Shown: piece after piece, positions 20,923-31,599 of the stretch | Position numbering within the stretch: the first letter of the stretch is position 1 | How the letters are laid out: each line of letters starts with the position of its first letter | Assembly (NCBI GenBank): GCA_022758945.1 | Contig: JAEMQE010000062.1 | Span: 1-32,596, forward strand | DNA from: Lentimicrobium sp. | GTDB lineage: Bacteria; Bacteroidota; Bacteroidia; Flavobacteriales; Flavobacteriaceae | Direction of reading: 5' to 3' | DNA: 32,596 nucleotides | The notes under the pieces: model-generated | The model's database searches: none | What the model was told of the DNA's origin: nothing | Seen by the model: only the letters and a program-made list of their open reading frames with translations | Made by a program: the position numbers and the translations under genes

Positions 20923-21528
20923 ATGGCAAGATATACTGGTCCAAGTACAAGAATCGCACGTAAATTCGGCGAAGCAATTTTCGGAGACGACAAAGCTTTC
21001 GAAAAAAGAAATTATCCTCCTGGACAACACGGGATGGCTAAAAAAAGAGGAAAAAAATCTGAGTATGCTGTTCAGTTAATGGAAAAGCAAAAAGCTAAAT
21101 ATTCTTATGGAATATTAGAAAAACAATTCAGAAATTTATTCGAAAAAGCATCAGCAACTAAAGGTGTTACTGGTGAAGTATTATTACAATTATGTGAAGC
21201 AAGACTTGACAATGTAGTTTATAGAATGGGTATAGCTCCTTCTAGAAGAGGTGCTCGTCAAATCGTTTCTCACCGTCATATTACTGTTAACGGAGAAAAT
21301 GTAAATATTCCTTCTTACCACCTTAAACCTGGTGATAAAGTGGCAGTTCGTGAAAAATCTAAATCATTAGAAGCAATCGAACGTTCTTTATCTAATTCAA
21401 GTCATGTTTATGAATGGATTACTTGGAACAACGATTTAAAAGAAGGTACTTTTGTTTCTGTACCAGCTAGACTTCAAATTCCAGAAAACATTAAAGAACA
21501 ATTAATCGTAGAGTTGTACAACAAATAA
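20923..21528 (+). CDS. rpsD: 30S ribosomal protein S4
   Basis: [30 protein letters not shown]. Confidence 0.99.
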   Translation: MARYTGPSTRIARKFGEAIFGDDKAFEKRNYPPGQHGMAKKRGKKSEYAVQLMEKQKAKYSYGILEKQFRNLFEKASATKGVTGEVLLQLCEARLDNVVYRMGIAPSRRGARQIVSHRHITVNGENVNIPSYHLKPGDKVAVREKSKSLEAIERSLSNSSHVYEWITWNNDLKEGTFVSVPARLQIPENIKEQLIVELYNK

Positions 21529-21548
21529 TAATTGACTTAGTCGAAATT

Positions 21549-22541
21549 ATGGCAATATTTAATTTTCAGAAGCCCGATAAAGTTATCATGATCGATTCAA
21601 CCGATTTTGAAGGTAAATTTGAGTTTAGACCTTTAGAACCTGGTTACGGATTGACAGTTGGTAACGCACTTAGAAGAGTTTTGCTTTCAGCATTAGAAGG
21701 TTATGCAATCACATCGGTTCGCATCGAAGGTGTAGATCATGAGTTTTCTACTATCTCAGGAGTTGTTGAAGACGTTACCGAAATTATTCTAAATCTTAAG
21801 CAAGTACGTTTCAAACGTCAGATCGAAGATACTGACAATGAGTCGGTAACTATTTCTGTAACAGGAAAAGATCAATTAACAGCTGGGGATTTTCAGAAAT
21901 TTATTTCAGGTTTCCAAGTTTTGAATCCAGAGCTTGTTATCTGTAATTTAGACCCGAGAATCAAACTACATTTCGACTTAACTATCGAGAAAGGTAGAGG
22001 ATACGTTCCTGCTGAAGAGAACAAAAAACAAAATGCTGTAATTGGAACTATATTTACTGACTCTATTTTTACTCCGGTAAAAAATGTTAAGTATGCTATC
22101 GAAAACTTCCGTGTAGAGCAAAAAACAGATTATGAAAAATTAGTTTTCGAAATAAAAACTGATGGATCAATAAATCCAAAAGATGCCCTTACTGAAGCTG
22201 CCAAAGTTTTAATTCACCATTTCATGTTGTTTTCTGACGAAAGAATTACACTTGAGGCTGACGAAATTGCACAAACAGAATCGTATGACGAAGAGTCATT
22301 GCATATGAGACAATTGCTTAAAACTAAGCTTGTTGATATGGATCTTTCTGTAAGAGCATTAAATTGTTTAAAAGCGGCAGAAGTTGATACACTTGGAGAT
22401 TTAGTATCTTTCAATAAAAATGACCTAATGAAATTCCGTAATTTCGGTAAAAAATCTTTAACTGAACTAGACGAACTAGTGGCAATTAAAAATTTGACCT
22501 TCGGTATGGATTTAGCAAAATACAAATTAGATAAAGAATAA
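21549..22541 (+). CDS. rpoA: RNA polymerase alpha subunit
   Basis: [37 protein letters not shown]. Confidence 0.99.
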   Translation: MAIFNFQKPDKVIMIDSTDFEGKFEFRPLEPGYGLTVGNALRRVLLSALEGYAITSVRIEGVDHEFSTISGVVEDVTEIILNLKQVRFKRQIEDTDNESVTISVTGKDQLTAGDFQKFISGFQVLNPELVICNLDPRIKLHFDLTIEKGRGYVPAEENKKQNAVIGTIFTDSIFTPVKNVKYAIENFRVEQKTDYEKLVFEIKTDGSINPKDALTEAAKVLIHHFMLFSDERITLEADEIAQTESYDEESLHMRQLLKTKLVDMDLSVRALNCLKAAEVDTLGDLVSFNKNDLMKFRNFGKKSLTELDELVAIKNLTFGMDLAKYKLDKE

Positions 22542-22579
22542 TCTAATCCGCCTGCGGCGAGATTAAATTTAAAATAGCA

Positions 22580-23104
22580 ATGAGACACGGAAAAAAATTC
22601 AATCACTTAAGCAGACAGACTGCACATAGAAGTTCTATGTTAGCTAATATGGCTTGTTCTCTTATCGAGCACAAACGTATTAATACTACTGTTGCAAAAG
22701 CAAAAGCGCTTAAACAATTTGTTGAGCCATTAATAACAAAATCTAAAGCTGATACGACTCATAATCGTCGTATCGTTTTTGGATACTTACGTAGTAAGTA
22801 TGCTGTAACTGACTTGTTCAGAGATGTAGCTGCTAAAGTAGGTGACCGTCCAGGTGGATACACACGTATCATTAAAGTTGGAAATCGTTTAGGAGATAAT
22901 GCTGATATGGCAATGATCGAATTAGTAGATTTCAATGAACTTTACAACGGAGGTAAAAAAGAAGTTAAAAAAGCTAAAAGCCGTCGTGGTGGAAAAGCTA
23001 AGAAAGCAGATGAAGCTGTTGCAGCTCTAGTTGCTGAAGCTCCAGTTGCTGAAACAGAAGCTCCGGCTGCTGATGATGAGGCTCCAAAAGAGGCTGCTGA
23101 ATAA
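22580..23104 (+). CDS. rplQ: 50S ribosomal protein L17 with Ala/Glu-rich C-terminal tail
   Basis: [29 protein letters not shown]. Confidence 0.99.
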   Translation: MRHGKKFNHLSRQTAHRSSMLANMACSLIEHKRINTTVAKAKALKQFVEPLITKSKADTTHNRRIVFGYLRSKYAVTDLFRDVAAKVGDRPGGYTRIIKVGNRLGDNADMAMIELVDFNELYNGGKKEVKKAKSRRGGKAKKADEAVAALVAEAPVAETEAPAADDEAPKEAAE

Positions 23105-23132
23105 TTATGAAGATAATCATTCAATAAGAATC

Positions 23133-23167
23133 AAGGATAAACTTTTATTAGTTTGTCCTTTTTTTTT
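23133..23167 (+). terminator. Intrinsic terminator of the ribosomal superoperon
   Basis: AAGGATAAACT / AGTTTGTCCTT stem followed by a T run. Confidence 0.85.
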
Positions 23168-23226
23168 GTGAAATTGCCACGAATTAGAGTTTAAGGAGCA
23201 GATGTTTTTGGTTCTTATTACTATTC

Positions 23227-23294
23227 GTCCCGCTATTCGCTATATCTTTTGTGGCGAACGCCGCCCCAAAAGGATGTCGCTACTATCGGGGCTA
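23227..23294 (+). ncRNA. Structured dispersed element, probably Flavo-1 RNA motif
   Basis: Outer stem GTCCCG/CGGGGC, inner stem CTTTTG-GGCG/CGCC-CAAAAG, GC-rich in an AT-rich spacer. The pattern CGCTATATCTTTT...AAAAGGATGTCGCT..TATCGGGGCTA matches my recollection of the multi-copy Flavo-1 motif; not verified against Rfam. Confidence 0.65.
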
Positions 23295-23349
23295 GTTTAG
23301 AACGTTTGATTTATATAACAAACACTCCAAAAATCATAATAAATAAATG

Positions 23350-23380
23350 TTGCATCAGCTGTTTTAAAAAATTAAATTTG
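23350..23380 (+). promoter_or_regulatory. Probable carA promoter
   Basis: TTG (23350-23352), 20 nt, TAAATTTG (23373-23380). Confidence 0.65.
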
Positions 23381-23454
23381 CAAAATAATTACTAAAGAGG
23401 AAATGCCGCCAAGCTAAGTGGCATTATACCAATATAAAGCAATAACTACGACGA

Positions 23455-24555
23455 ATGAAATACACAACACGAAAAAGCGCCATTCTATTATTAAGTGACG
23501 GAACCATATTTCACGGAAAATCTATCGGAATTTCTGGAACAACTTTTGGCGAAGTTTGCTTTAATACCGGAATGACGGGTTACCAAGAAATCTTCACCGA
23601 CCCATCTTATTTTGGGCAAATTATGGTGGCGACCAATGCTCACATTGGGAACTATGGAGTGAATGAGAGAGAAATTGAATCTGAAAGTATTAAAATTGCT
23701 GGTTTGGTTTGTAAAAATTTCAGTTTCAATTATTCTCGTGAAGATGCCACAGGAAGCTTAGAAGACTATTTCAAAAAACAAAACCTAATCTGCATTTCTG
23801 ATGTAGATACTCGCGGATTGGTAAGTTACATACGTGATCACGGAGCGATGAATTCTGTTATTTGTACTGATGGAACTCCAATCGAAGAGCTTAAAGCAGC
23901 TTTAGCAAAAGTTCCTGATATGAAAGGATTGGAATTAGCTTCAAAAGTTTCTACTAAGGAACCATACTTTTTTGGTGATGAAAACGCAACTTACAAAATT
24001 GCAGCTTTGGATTTAGGAATCAAAACCAATATCCTTCGCAACCTTGCCAAAAGAGATTGTTATATCAAAGTATTTCCTTATGATTCAAAATATTCTGAGT
24101 TGGCAGCATTCAATCCAGATGGTTATTTCTTGTCAAACGGACCTGGTGATCCTGACCCACTTTTTAGTGCTATTGAAGTAGCAAAAGAAATATTGGCAAA
24201 CGACAAACCATTATTTGGGATTTGTTTAGGTCACCAAGTAATCGCTTTGGCAAACGGAATTTCAACTTATAAAATGTTTAACGGACACAGAGGAATTAAC
24301 CATCCGGTAAAAAACATCATTACAGGAAAAGGGGAAATCACTTCTCAAAATCACGGTTTTGCCGTAAATAAAGAAGAATTGGACAACCATCCTGATATGG
24401 AAATCACACATCTTCATCTTAACGACGGAACTGTTGCAGGAATGAGAATGAAAAATAAAAACTGTTTTTCTGTTCAATACCATCCGGAAGCAAGTCCAGG
24501 ACCACATGATTCAGCCTATTTGTTTGATCAATTTATTGAAAACATAAAAAAATAA
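23455..24555 (+). CDS. carA: Carbamoyl-phosphate synthase small subunit
   Basis: GEVCFNTGMTGYQEIFTDPSY, LSNGPGDP, GICLGHQ, SVQYHPEASPGP. Confidence 0.99.
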   Translation: MKYTTRKSAILLLSDGTIFHGKSIGISGTTFGEVCFNTGMTGYQEIFTDPSYFGQIMVATNAHIGNYGVNEREIESESIKIAGLVCKNFSFNYSREDATGSLEDYFKKQNLICISDVDTRGLVSYIRDHGAMNSVICTDGTPIEELKAALAKVPDMKGLELASKVSTKEPYFFGDENATYKIAALDLGIKTNILRNLAKRDCYIKVFPYDSKYSELAAFNPDGYFLSNGPGDPDPLFSAIEVAKEILANDKPLFGICLGHQVIALANGISTYKMFNGHRGINHPVKNIITGKGEITSQNHGFAVNKEELDNHPDMEITHLHLNDGTVAGMRMKNKNCFSVQYHPEASPGPHDSAYLFDQFIENIKK

Positions 24556-24583
24556 ATCTTAACAAGATTGATTTAAATTAATG

Positions 24584-24612
24584 AAAAGCTGCCTATTATG
24601 GCGGCTTTTTTT
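24584..24612 (+). terminator. Intrinsic terminator after carA
   Basis: AAAAGCTGCC-tattat-GGCGGCTTTT plus T run. Confidence 0.85.
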
Positions 24613-24966
24613 GTAGTTTTTTGGGATTGAAATTGTATTTTTTGAGAATATTTAGTATTTTACATACTGTCTTTTCCTTCTACAATTTGGCTATTTTTGA
24701 AAAAGTTCGAGTAATCAAGATTAGCATTAAATTTACTTGCTATAATTTTTTGTTAATACTCGTAAGTAAACTTGTATTATATAATTGAATTCTTATTTTT
24801 GTTAGCTATAAGTATAAAGAATGCTCGGCAATTGGTTGTCAAAACAATTCTGTTTCTTGATTCTTAAATGTATATTTGGCAAAAAATAATCAGGCCTATA
24901 TTGCAATTGAATTCAATGTTTGTTTCACGATAACTTACAATCTAAATATAATATAATTTCAAAATA

Positions 24967-26400
24967 ATGCTTTTAAAAACAATACCAATGAAATCCATAA
25001 ATAATAAAATTGCGCTTACATTTTTTCTTTTACTATTTTCGAGCGGAATCGCGATAGCACAAGAAATTATCAAAGAAAGTGTCATTGATACAATTAAAAA
25101 AGTTATTCCTTACCAGAAACAAAAAATTGATGGTGTAATAGCAAAAGTTGGGGATTATATTGTATTAGATTCGGATATTGATAAATCATACTTGGAAATT
25201 ACAGGTGCAGGTGGTTCAATTAAAGATATCACAAGATGTCAAATATTGGGAAAAATATTAGAAGATAAACTGTATGCGCATCAAGCCATTCAGGATAGTT
25301 TGAAAGTCACGGATTCCGAAGTGAAATCGATGATGGACGAAAGGCTGAATTATATGGTAGAACAAATAGGTTCTATGGATAAAGTGGTGAAATATTACAA
25401 GAAAAATTCTGAAGAAGAATTTAGGACATACTTCTTTGACGTTTTGAAAGAACAAAAACTGACGTCAGAAATGCAAAAGAAAATCATTGATGGAGTAGAA
25501 ATTACCCCTGAAGAAGTTCGTGATTTTTTCAAAAAAATACCTACAGCCGATCTTCCAGTTTTTGGTGCCGAAATGGAAGTAGCGCAAATAGTTGTGACTC
25601 CAAAAGTTTCTGAAGCAGAAAAGCAAAAAGTGATTGATAAATTGAATGAGTTCAAAAAAGAAATTCAAGAAGGAGGTTCAAGTTTTGCGACTAAAGCAGT
25701 TTTGTATTCTCAGGATCCTGGTTCCAGAGCAACTGGTGGTTATTATAAAATGAATAAAAAGACACCTTTTGTAAAAGAATTTAAGGATGTGGCTTTCAGC
25801 CTTGCCGAAGGAGAAATTTCAGCGCCTTTTGAAACTGACTTTGGATATCACATTATTTATGTTGAAAAAATAAAGGGGCAAGATATTGAATTGCGTCATA
25901 TTTTATTGATACCGGCAGTTACTCCCGATGATTTGAAAGAAGCCAAAGAAAAAATTGCTTTAATCAGAAAAAGAATTGTTGACAAGGAAATTACTTTTGC
26001 ACAAGCAGCAAAAACAATGTCAGACGAAAAAGAAACCAAGGCAAACGGCGGAGCATTGATTAATCCTAAAACACAAGATACTCGTTTTGAGTTGACTAAA
26101 ATGGATCCGGCTTTGTATAGTCAGGTTTCCAATTTGAAAGATAATGAGGTTTCCTTACCGCTATTGGATGATGACCAAAACGGTAAGAAAAAATACAAGC
26201 TTATAACTGTTACTAATAGAATCGATGCTCACACGGCTGATTATGCTAAAGATTATGTGAAAATTAAAGATTTAGCTTTGAAAGAAAAACAAATTAAAGC
26301 TATCGGGAAATGGTTTGATGAGAAAATCCAGCAAACCTATATCAAAATTATTGGCGAATACAGAGATTGTACGTTTGCCAATAATTGGCTTAAGAAATAG
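24967..26400 (+). CDS. surA: SurA-like periplasmic peptidyl-prolyl isomerase/chaperone (two parvulin domains)
   Basis: Signal peptide, IDGVIAKVGDYIVLDSDI, FATKAVLYSQDPGS...GG, PFETDFGYHII, second FAQAAKTMSD...NGG. Start could be 24988. Confidence 0.85.
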   Translation: MLLKTIPMKSINNKIALTFFLLLFSSGIAIAQEIIKESVIDTIKKVIPYQKQKIDGVIAKVGDYIVLDSDIDKSYLEITGAGGSIKDITRCQILGKILEDKLYAHQAIQDSLKVTDSEVKSMMDERLNYMVEQIGSMDKVVKYYKKNSEEEFRTYFFDVLKEQKLTSEMQKKIIDGVEITPEEVRDFFKKIPTADLPVFGAEMEVAQIVVTPKVSEAEKQKVIDKLNEFKKEIQEGGSSFATKAVLYSQDPGSRATGGYYKMNKKTPFVKEFKDVAFSLAEGEISAPFETDFGYHIIYVEKIKGQDIELRHILLIPAVTPDDLKEAKEKIALIRKRIVDKEITFAQAAKTMSDEKETKANGGALINPKTQDTRFELTKMDPALYSQVSNLKDNEVSLPLLDDDQNGKKKYKLITVTNRIDAHTADYAKDYVKIKDLALKEKQIKAIGKWFDEKIQQTYIKIIGEYRDCTFANNWLKK

Positions 26401-26421
26401 TTATAACTCTTAACTCAAAAT

Positions 26422-27375
26422 ATGTCAGACGTTGCAGCAATCCATAACTTGGTTCAAAAAAGGAACGAATTAAAAGCCGAAATCGCAAAGATTATTGTGG
26501 GTCAGGATGCAGTCGTTGACCAAATTCTACTTTGTATTTTTTCTGGCGGACACGCACTTTTGGTAGGAGTTCCAGGATTAGCAAAAACCTTGATGGTAAA
26601 TACGCTGGCGCAAGCACTTGGGCTTGACTTTAAAAGAATTCAGTTTACTCCGGATTTAATGCCTTCGGATATTTTGGGAAGTGAAATATTGGATGAAAAC
26701 CGCCAATTCAAGTTCATAAAAGGGCCAATTTTTTCGAATATTATTCTGGCTGATGAAATTAACAGAACTCCTCCAAAAACTCAGGCAGCTTTGCTCGAAG
26801 CTATGCAGGAACGTTCCGTTACCATTGCGGGTCAAAATTATAAATTAGCATTGCCTTATTTTGTTTTGGCAACCCAAAATCCCATTGAACAAGAAGGAAC
26901 CTATCCTTTGCCGGAAGCTCAATTAGACCGATTTATGTTTGCCATTAAACTGGATTATCCTTCTTTCGAAGAAGAAGTTAAGGTAGTAAAAAGAACCACT
27001 TCAAACATAAACAATCTAATAAATCCTTTGTTTACCGCACAAGAAATTATAGATTTTCAACACCTGATTCGCAGGATTCCCGTTGCTGATAATGTTATTG
27101 AATATGCAGTTACATTGGTTAGTAAAACGCGCCCTGATAATGAATTGTCTAATGAATTTGTGAAAAACTATTTGGATTGGGGTGCAGGTCCAAGAGCTTC
27201 TCAAAATTTAATTTTGGCTGCCAAAGCCAATGCTGCTTTCAACGGAAAATTTTCTCCGGATATCGAAGATGTGAAAGCAGTGGCTACAGGAATTTTGCGT
27301 CACAGAATCATCAAAAACTACAAAGCCGATGCCGAAGGAATTACCGAAGAAATGATTATAGATAAGCTGATTTAA
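26422..27375 (+). CDS. MoxR family AAA+ ATPase
   Basis: GVPGLAKT, RIQFTPDLMPSD, LADEINRTPPKTQAALLEAMQE, ATQNPIEQEGTYPLPEAQLDRF. Confidence 0.95.
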   Translation: MSDVAAIHNLVQKRNELKAEIAKIIVGQDAVVDQILLCIFSGGHALLVGVPGLAKTLMVNTLAQALGLDFKRIQFTPDLMPSDILGSEILDENRQFKFIKGPIFSNIILADEINRTPPKTQAALLEAMQERSVTIAGQNYKLALPYFVLATQNPIEQEGTYPLPEAQLDRFMFAIKLDYPSFEEEVKVVKRTTSNINNLINPLFTAQEIIDFQHLIRRIPVADNVIEYAVTLVSKTRPDNELSNEFVKNYLDWGAGPRASQNLILAAKANAAFNGKFSPDIEDVKAVATGILRHRIIKNYKADAEGITEEMIIDKLI

Positions 27376-27396
27376 AAATCATTAGTATCAATTTAG

Positions 27397-27433
27397 AAAG
27401 AGCCTTTCAATGAGAATAAAGGCTCTTTTTTTT
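27397..27433 (+). terminator. Intrinsic terminator after surA-moxR
   Basis: AAAGAGCCTTT / AAAGGCTCTTT stem followed by a T run. Confidence 0.85.
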
Positions 27434-27606
27434 GACTGCAAAATTCCCACTTTATTAATAATTGGAATTTATATTGCTGATAGCGCAATAGAATAATATA
27501 TTTTTGTGTATATCGCAATATTATGCGTGTAAACTTCTTATTTGGTAATAATAATTTTCAGAAAGCTGTCTTTTGTTATTTTTTTCATATTCTCGTCTTA
27601 AATTCT

Positions 27607-27614
27607 TAAATTTG
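27607..27614 (+). promoter_or_regulatory. Probable -7 box of the aconitase promoter
   Basis: TAAATTTG followed by CA, 29 nt before the ATG; no well-spaced -33 box seen. Confidence 0.5.
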
Positions 27615-27643
27615 CAGGACAAAACAAAAAAATCCTATATATT

Positions 27644-29911
27644 ATGGCTTTTGACATTGAAATGATTAAAAAAGTGTACGCAAATATGACAACTCGTGTG
27701 GACAAAGCACGCGAATTAGTTGGACGTCCGCTAACATTAACTGAGAAAATTTTGTACAACCATCTTTGGGAAGGAAATCCAACCCACACTTTTACAAGAG
27801 GTGCTGATTATGTAGATTTTGCTCCAGACAGAGTAGCTTGCCAAGATGCAACTGCTCAAATGGCCTTGCTGCAATTTATGCACGCTGGAAAGAAAACCGT
27901 TGCAGTTCCTACTACAGTTCACTGTGATCACTTGATTCAAGCCAAAGTAGGTGCAAAAACGGATTTAGCTATTGCCAAAACACAATCAAGTGAAGTTTTT
28001 GATTTTCTTTCTTCAGTTTCTAATAAATACGGAATTGGTTTTTGGAAACCAGGTTCTGGAATTATTCACCAAATCGTTTTAGAGAACTATGCGTTCCCAG
28101 GAGGTTTGATGATTGGAACCGATTCGCATACTGTAAATGCAGGTGGATTGGGAATGTTAGCAATCGGTGTTGGTGGTGCCGATGCGGTAGATGTAATGTC
28201 GGGAATGTCTTGGGAATTGAAATTTCCAAAATTAATAGGCGTAAAATTGACTGGAAAACTTTCTGGTTGGACTGCGCCAAAAGACGTAATTCTTAAAGTA
28301 GCCGATATTCTTACCGTAAAAGGTGGAACTGGAGCCATTGTTGAATATTTTGGCGAAGGAGCTACTTCAATGTCGTGTACTGGAAAAGGAACTATATGTA
28401 ATATGGGTGCCGAAATTGGTGCAACTACATCTACCTTTGGTTATGACGAGTCAATGAGAAGATACCTTTCCGCAACAGGTCGTCAAGACGTTGTTGATGC
28501 TGCTGATAAAGTGGCTTCTTACTTAACCGCCGATCCTGAAGTGTATGCTAGTCCAGCAACTTATTTTGACCAAGTAATCGAAATCAACCTTTCAGAATTA
28601 GAACCACAAATTAATGGTCCTTTCACACCAGATAGAGGAACACCAGTTTCTAAAATGAAAGAAGAAGCTGCAGCAAACGGATGGCCAATTAAAGTGGAAT
28701 GGGGATTAATCGGTTCTTGTACTAACTCTTCTTACGAAGATATGGCACGAGCGGCATCTATCGTAAATCAGGCTGTTGAAATGGGAATTAGTCCAAAAGC
28801 CGAGTTTGGTATCAATCCCGGTTCGGAACAAATAAGATATACTATCGAAAGAGACGGAATCATCGCCACTTTCGAAAAAATGGGAACCAAAGTATTTACC
28901 AATGCTTGTGGACCTTGTATCGGACAATGGGACAGAGATGGAGCTGACAAGCAAGAAAAAAACACCATCGTTCACTCTTTCAACCGTAATTTTTCTAAAC
29001 GTGCCGATGGTAACCCAAACACGCATGCTTTTGTAACTTCACCAGAAATGGTGGCTGCATTGGCCATTGCAGGTCGTTTAGATTTCAATCCGTTGACTGA
29101 TACTTTGATTAACGATAATGGTGAAGAAGTAAAACTAACTGCGCCTTACGGTGATGAATTACCAAAAAGAGGTTTTGCTGTTGAAGATAACGGATTCCAA
29201 GCACCAGCAGCTGATGGTTCAGGTGTTCAAATTTTGGTAAGTGAAACTTCTGATAGATTACAACTTTTAGCACCATTCGAAGCTTGGGATGGAAAAAATA
29301 TTATGGGAGCTAAATTATTAATCAAAGCTTTCGGAAAATGTACTACTGACCATATTTCTATGGCTGGGCCTTGGTTACGTTTCCGCGGACATTTGGATAA
29401 TATCTCTAACAACATGTTGATTGGAGCAATTAATGCATTTAATCAAAAAACAAACTCTGTAAAAAATCAATTAACGGGTGAATATGATACCGTTCCTGGA
29501 GTTGCTCGTGCTTATAAAGCAGTTGGAATAGCTTCAGTTGTTGTGGGTGACCATAATTATGGAGAAGGTTCTTCACGTGAACATGCCGCAATGGAACCTC
29601 GTTTCCTTGGTGTGAAAGCGGTTTTGGTAAAATCATTTGCTCGTATTCACGAAACTAATTTGAAAAAACAAGGTATGTTAGGGCTTACTTTTGCTAATGA
29701 AGCCGATTATGACAAAATTCAAGAAGATGACACGATTAATTTCGTGGACTTGGTTGATTTTGCGCCAGCTAAACCATTAACATTAGAATTTGTTCATGCT
29801 GATGGAAGCAAAGATACAATTATAGCTAATCATACTTATAATGCAAGTCAAATAGGTTGGTTTGTTGCGGGTTCTGCATTGAATTTGATTGCTGCCGATG
29901 GAAAAGCGTAA
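27644..29911 (+). CDS. acnA: Aconitate hydratase (mitochondrial-type, 755 aa)
   Basis: [58 protein letters not shown]. Confidence 0.97.
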   Translation: MAFDIEMIKKVYANMTTRVDKARELVGRPLTLTEKILYNHLWEGNPTHTFTRGADYVDFAPDRVACQDATAQMALLQFMHAGKKTVAVPTTVHCDHLIQAKVGAKTDLAIAKTQSSEVFDFLSSVSNKYGIGFWKPGSGIIHQIVLENYAFPGGLMIGTDSHTVNAGGLGMLAIGVGGADAVDVMSGMSWELKFPKLIGVKLTGKLSGWTAPKDVILKVADILTVKGGTGAIVEYFGEGATSMSCTGKGTICNMGAEIGATTSTFGYDESMRRYLSATGRQDVVDAADKVASYLTADPEVYASPATYFDQVIEINLSELEPQINGPFTPDRGTPVSKMKEEAAANGWPIKVEWGLIGSCTNSSYEDMARAASIVNQAVEMGISPKAEFGINPGSEQIRYTIERDGIIATFEKMGTKVFTNACGPCIGQWDRDGADKQEKNTIVHSFNRNFSKRADGNPNTHAFVTSPEMVAALAIAGRLDFNPLTDTLINDNGEEVKLTAPYGDELPKRGFAVEDNGFQAPAADGSGVQILVSETSDRLQLLAPFEAWDGKNIMGAKLLIKAFGKCTTDHISMAGPWLRFRGHLDNISNNMLIGAINAFNQKTNSVKNQLTGEYDTVPGVARAYKAVGIASVVVGDHNYGEGSSREHAAMEPRFLGVKAVLVKSFARIHETNLKKQGMLGLTFANEADYDKIQEDDTINFVDLVDFAPAKPLTLEFVHADGSKDTIIANHTYNASQIGWFVAGSALNLIAADGKA

Positions 29912-29932
29912 TTTTAAATTTCAAAATACTAT

Positions 29933-29962
29933 AAAATGCTCTATGAAAACAGGGCATTTTTT
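29933..29962 (+). terminator. Intrinsic terminator after aconitase
   Basis: AAAATGCTCT / AGGGCATTTT plus T run. Confidence 0.75.
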
Positions 29963-30005
29963 ATTCTTAAATGTGTTAAATTGAAGATAAAGAGTTGTTT
30001 AAAAA

Positions 30006-30036
30006 TTGCGATATTTATATTTATTAATTAAATTTG
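30006..30036 (+). promoter_or_regulatory. Possible promoter of the LysM/NlpC gene
   Basis: TTG (30006-30008), 20 nt, TAAATTTG (30029-30036). Confidence 0.5.
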
Positions 30037-30130
30037 CTTTTCAAAATACTTTTTTGGTAAATTTTGCCGTTAAAGTAAAACGAATTATTAATTTTATGAC
30101 AATAAATTGTTTGATATATAAATAGTGTTT

Positions 30131-31582
30131 ATGAAGTATTTTAGTTGTGTGTTTCTCTTTGTTTTTTTTAGTACTATAAGTGTTTTTTCGCAAGAAAAGT
30201 ACACTCGACATACTGTTTCAAAAGGCGAAACTATCAGCGAAATTGCAGAACAATATAATGTAAGTCCTAAAGCCATTTACGAGCTAAATCCAAAAGCCAA
30301 GAAGGGAATACAATTTCATTCGGTTCTATTAATTCCAACTAAAGCTAAAAAACATACAGCTTCAACTCCTGAGATTGCAACCAATTATTCTGAAACAACA
30401 CACGAAGTCCTTCCCAAAGAAACAGTGTATGGAATTGCAAAACAGCATAACATCAGTGTTGAAGATTTATATAAATTCAATCCAGAGTTGGAAAAAGAAG
30501 GATTGAAAAAAGGACAAATAATTAAAATCCCTCAAACTGCTTTTGATAATTTAGTATTGACAGAAACACCTGAAAAGGCGAAAGAAATTCAAAAAACAAA
30601 CATTTCAGAAAAAAATTTTCCAAAGCAAGAAGTTGTCGTTTCACCAAAATCAGTCGAGAAAGAGGAAACTTCAACGGAAGCAATTGTTCGTGAAGTTTTA
30701 CCAAAAGAAACTTTATATTCTATTGCCAAGCAATATGGAATCAAAGTCGCCGATATACAATATGCCAATCCAACGATAGGGACTAAAGCTTTAAAAGCTG
30801 GGCAAAAGATTATTGTTCCAGTAAAAGTTGAAAACAATTCTAATTTAGTGGTAGAAAAAGAGGCCACCAAAACTAAAAAACAACAGAATGATAATGAGCA
30901 GCCGAAGCAAATTGCTGTTACTCCACAAACTGTTGTTAATGATAATTCAACTGAAACAGAAATCACCCACACAGTTTTGCCAAAAGAAACCAAATATGGA
31001 ATTGCAAAGCAATATGGTATTTCAGTTGCCGAGTTGGAAAATCAAAACCCCAATATTGCAAAAAAACTTACTAAGGGAAGCGTACTAAAAATTCACAGTT
31101 CTAAATTGATTGAAACAAATGCTCCTGTTGAAGAAGTTGTTGTCAAAGAGAAAGTCGTTAACGAGGATTCAAATGTGAATCCAAGTATGGCGCACGATGA
31201 CGCTTTTGTGGATCAATTGATATTGACTGCTTCCGAAAATATTGGGACGCGTTACCGTACAGGTGGAATCACAAAGGAAGGCTTCGATTGTTCCGGATTG
31301 ATGTATTCTACCTTTGGCACTTTCGATATTAGATTGCCAAGGTCGTCAATTGAAATGGCTGAATATGGTTCCAAAATTAATACAGAGAATGCCCAAAAAG
31401 GAGATTTAATTTTCTTCAAAACTAATGGACGCCGCCAAATCAATCATGTGGGAATGGTAGTTGAAGTTTGCGATGGTGAAATTAAATTCATTCATTCTTC
31501 AAATCATGGTGGTGTGATTATTTCTTCTACCAAAGAATCTTATTATGAGAGGAATTTGGTTCAGGTTAATCGTGTATTGTAA
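30131..31582 (+). CDS. Secreted peptidoglycan endopeptidase: four LysM domains plus C-terminal NlpC/P60
   Basis: Signal peptide; LysM starts HTVSKGET, HEVLPKET, REVLPKET, HTVLPKET; GFDCSG, GDLIFF, HVG, FIHSS. ATG at 30131 preferred over GTG at 30125. Confidence 0.93.
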   Translation: MKYFSCVFLFVFFSTISVFSQEKYTRHTVSKGETISEIAEQYNVSPKAIYELNPKAKKGIQFHSVLLIPTKAKKHTASTPEIATNYSETTHEVLPKETVYGIAKQHNISVEDLYKFNPELEKEGLKKGQIIKIPQTAFDNLVLTETPEKAKEIQKTNISEKNFPKQEVVVSPKSVEKEETSTEAIVREVLPKETLYSIAKQYGIKVADIQYANPTIGTKALKAGQKIIVPVKVENNSNLVVEKEATKTKKQQNDNEQPKQIAVTPQTVVNDNSTETEITHTVLPKETKYGIAKQYGISVAELENQNPNIAKKLTKGSVLKIHSSKLIETNAPVEEVVVKEKVVNEDSNVNPSMAHDDAFVDQLILTASENIGTRYRTGGITKEGFDCSGLMYSTFGTFDIRLPRSSIEMAEYGSKINTENAQKGDLIFFKTNGRRQINHVGMVVEVCDGEIKFIHSSNHGGVIISSTKESYYERNLVQVNRVL

Positions 31583-31599
31583 TTTTTGGTAAAATATTT

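Noticed and set aside
20861-21079. 72-aa ORF overlapping the rpsD start as a leader peptide
   Set aside because: TTG start inside the RNA stem, runs out of frame deep into rpsD; better explained as a shadow.
22945-23104. Low-complexity Lys- then Ala/Glu-rich tail on L17
   Set aside because: Variable L17 tails are common in Bacteroidota.
27644-29911. Mitochondrial-like aconitase as a eukaryote-derived gene
   Set aside because: This type is the known native aconitase of Bacteroidota.
30400-31030. Recurring CCAAAAGAAAC...ATTGC..AGCAATATGG segments as a DNA repeat array
   Set aside because: Explained by tandem LysM domains; not CRISPR-like.
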